From contig CAYZUY010000009.1 in NCBI GenBank assembly GCA_964481495.1, forward strand, positions 4,323 to 29,683: a DNA stretch of 25,361 bases. The letters run 5' to 3'. Below, in pieces: positions 24,503-25,361 of this stretch (within the stretch, counting starts at the first letter, position 1; every line of letters starts with the position of its first letter). Made by a program: the position numbers and the translations under genes. Below the pieces are notes generated by a model. It was not told the origin of the DNA, made no database searches, and was given only the letters and a program-made list of their open reading frames with translations. This DNA is from an uncultured bacterium. GTDB taxonomy: Bacteria; Cyanobacteriota; Cyanobacteriia; Synechococcales; Synechococcaceae.

Positions 24503-25361
24503 GTGACCCGTGAAGCCCCCCGGTTCTGGACCTGGCGAGGCGAGGCGATCGCCTACCGTCAGACGGGCGACCACGGCCCGGCAGTGCTGCTGATTCATGG
24601 CTTCGGGGCCAGCAGCCGTCACTGGCGCCGCAACCTGCCGGTGCTGGCGCAGCAGGCCCGGGTCTGGGCCATCGATCTGATCGGCTTCGGAGCCTCGGCC
24701 AAACCCCACCCGGACCACCTCGAGTACAGCTTTGAGACCTGGGGAGCCCTGGTGCGGGACTTCTGCCGGGAGGTAATCGGCGAACCGACGCACCTGATCG
24801 GCAACTCCATCGGCTGTGTGGTGGCGATGCAGGCGGCGGTGGACGAACCGGATCTGGTGCGATCGCTGGTGCTGATCAACTGCTCGCTGCGCATGCTGCA
24901 CGAGCGCAAGCTAGCGGAGGATAACTGGCTGAAGCAGCAGTTGGTGCCCGCCTTTCAGAAGCTGCTGCTCTGGAAGCCCTTCGGCTATTTCTTCTTCCGG
25001 CAGGTGGCCCAGCCCCAGGCGATCCGCAATGCCCTGGGCCAGGCCTACCGCAATCCGGCAGCCATCGACGATGAGCTGATCGAACTGCTGCTCACCCCGG
25101 CCCAGGATCCAGGTGCCGCCGATGTCTTCCTGCGCTTCGTCACCTATTCCCAGGGTCCGCTGCCGGAGGATCTGCTGCCGCGCCTGACCCAGCCGACGCT
25201 GATCCTCTGGGGTCAGGAGGATCCCTGGGAACCGATTGCCCTGGCCCGGGACTTCGCCCGCTACCCGGCGGTGGTGGACTTCGTGGAACTGCCGGGAGCG
25301 GGCCACTGCCCGATGGATGAAGCCCCGGATCTGGTGAACCCGCAGCTGCAGCGCTGGCTGG
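24503..25361 (+). CDS. Alpha/beta hydrolase; 3' truncated by window edge and missing from the ORF track
   Basis: My translation from GTG 24503: WTWRGEAIAY, VLLIHGFGASSRHWRRN, IDLIGFG, nucleophile elbow GNSIG (24800-14), LWGQEDPWEP, GHCPMDEAP; frame stays open to the end. Confidence 0.93.
   Translation, partial: MTREAPRFWTWRGEAIAYRQTGDHGPAVLLIHGFGASSRHWRRNLPVLAQQARVWAIDLIGFGASAKPHPDHLEYSFETWGALVRDFCREVIGEPTHLIGNSIGCVVAMQAAVDEPDLVRSLVLINCSLRMLHERKLAEDNWLKQQLVPAFQKLLLWKPFGYFFFRQVAQPQAIRNALGQAYRNPAAIDDELIELLLTPAQDPGAADVFLRFVTYSQGPLPEDLLPRLTQPTLILWGQEDPWEPIALARDFARYPAVVDFVELPGAGHCPMDEAPDLVNPQLQRWL

Larger units (their letters stand above)
310..24552. repeat. Dispersed HIP1 octamers (GCGATCGC)
   Basis: About 36 copies counted by eye (e.g. 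310, 1362, 2122, 3381, 7586, 9291, 9691, 10201, 13823, 24545), roughly 1.4 per kb, mostly inside genes. Confidence 0.92.

Noticed and set aside
1-25361. CRISPR arrays, IS elements, prophage, toxin-antitoxin or defence genes
   Set aside because: No regularly spaced repeats, transposase, integrase or nuclease motifs, or AT-rich island found. HIP1 spacing is irregular and mostly intragenic.

Overview
High-GC (roughly two-thirds by eye) cyanobacterial chromosomal DNA, densely coding and almost entirely core or housekeeping. Evidence for a cyanobacterium: psbZ, an RpaB-family regulator, and about 36 HIP1 octamers (GCGATCGC) counted by eye. Gene order: hlyB-like (partial), hlyD-like, Tat-type msrB, then on the minus strand an RluA-like gene, a phosphoribosyltransferase and an aldo-keto reductase; a small secreted protein, trmD, ispF, larB/cpmA, hup; on the minus strand a small ORF, mutS and a GT39/ArnT glycosyltransferase; psbZ, ribH, tRNA-Gly(GCC), a proA paralogue; GNAT (minus); diheme cytochrome c, MBOAT; cysE and a cupin (minus); LysR, a Tat lipoprotein solute-binding protein, srrA-like regulator, lysS; a VOC protein (minus); an alpha/beta hydrolase (partial). 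I see no mobile element, integrase, CRISPR array or defence island, and no clear new multi-gene system. The strongest oddities: (1) trmD and ispF are in frame, separated by one TAG inside a CAG run plus a 15-codon open Gly/Ser linker; (2) MutS appears to lack about 29 core residues next to a HIP1 site; (3) two probable pseudo-enzymes (RluA with HRLG, ProA with Cys replaced by Val); (4) a textbook LysR divergent promoter driving an uncharacterised cupin; (5) an unannotated 65-aa ORF and several structured leaders. Homologue comparisons are from memory and need alignment to confirm.
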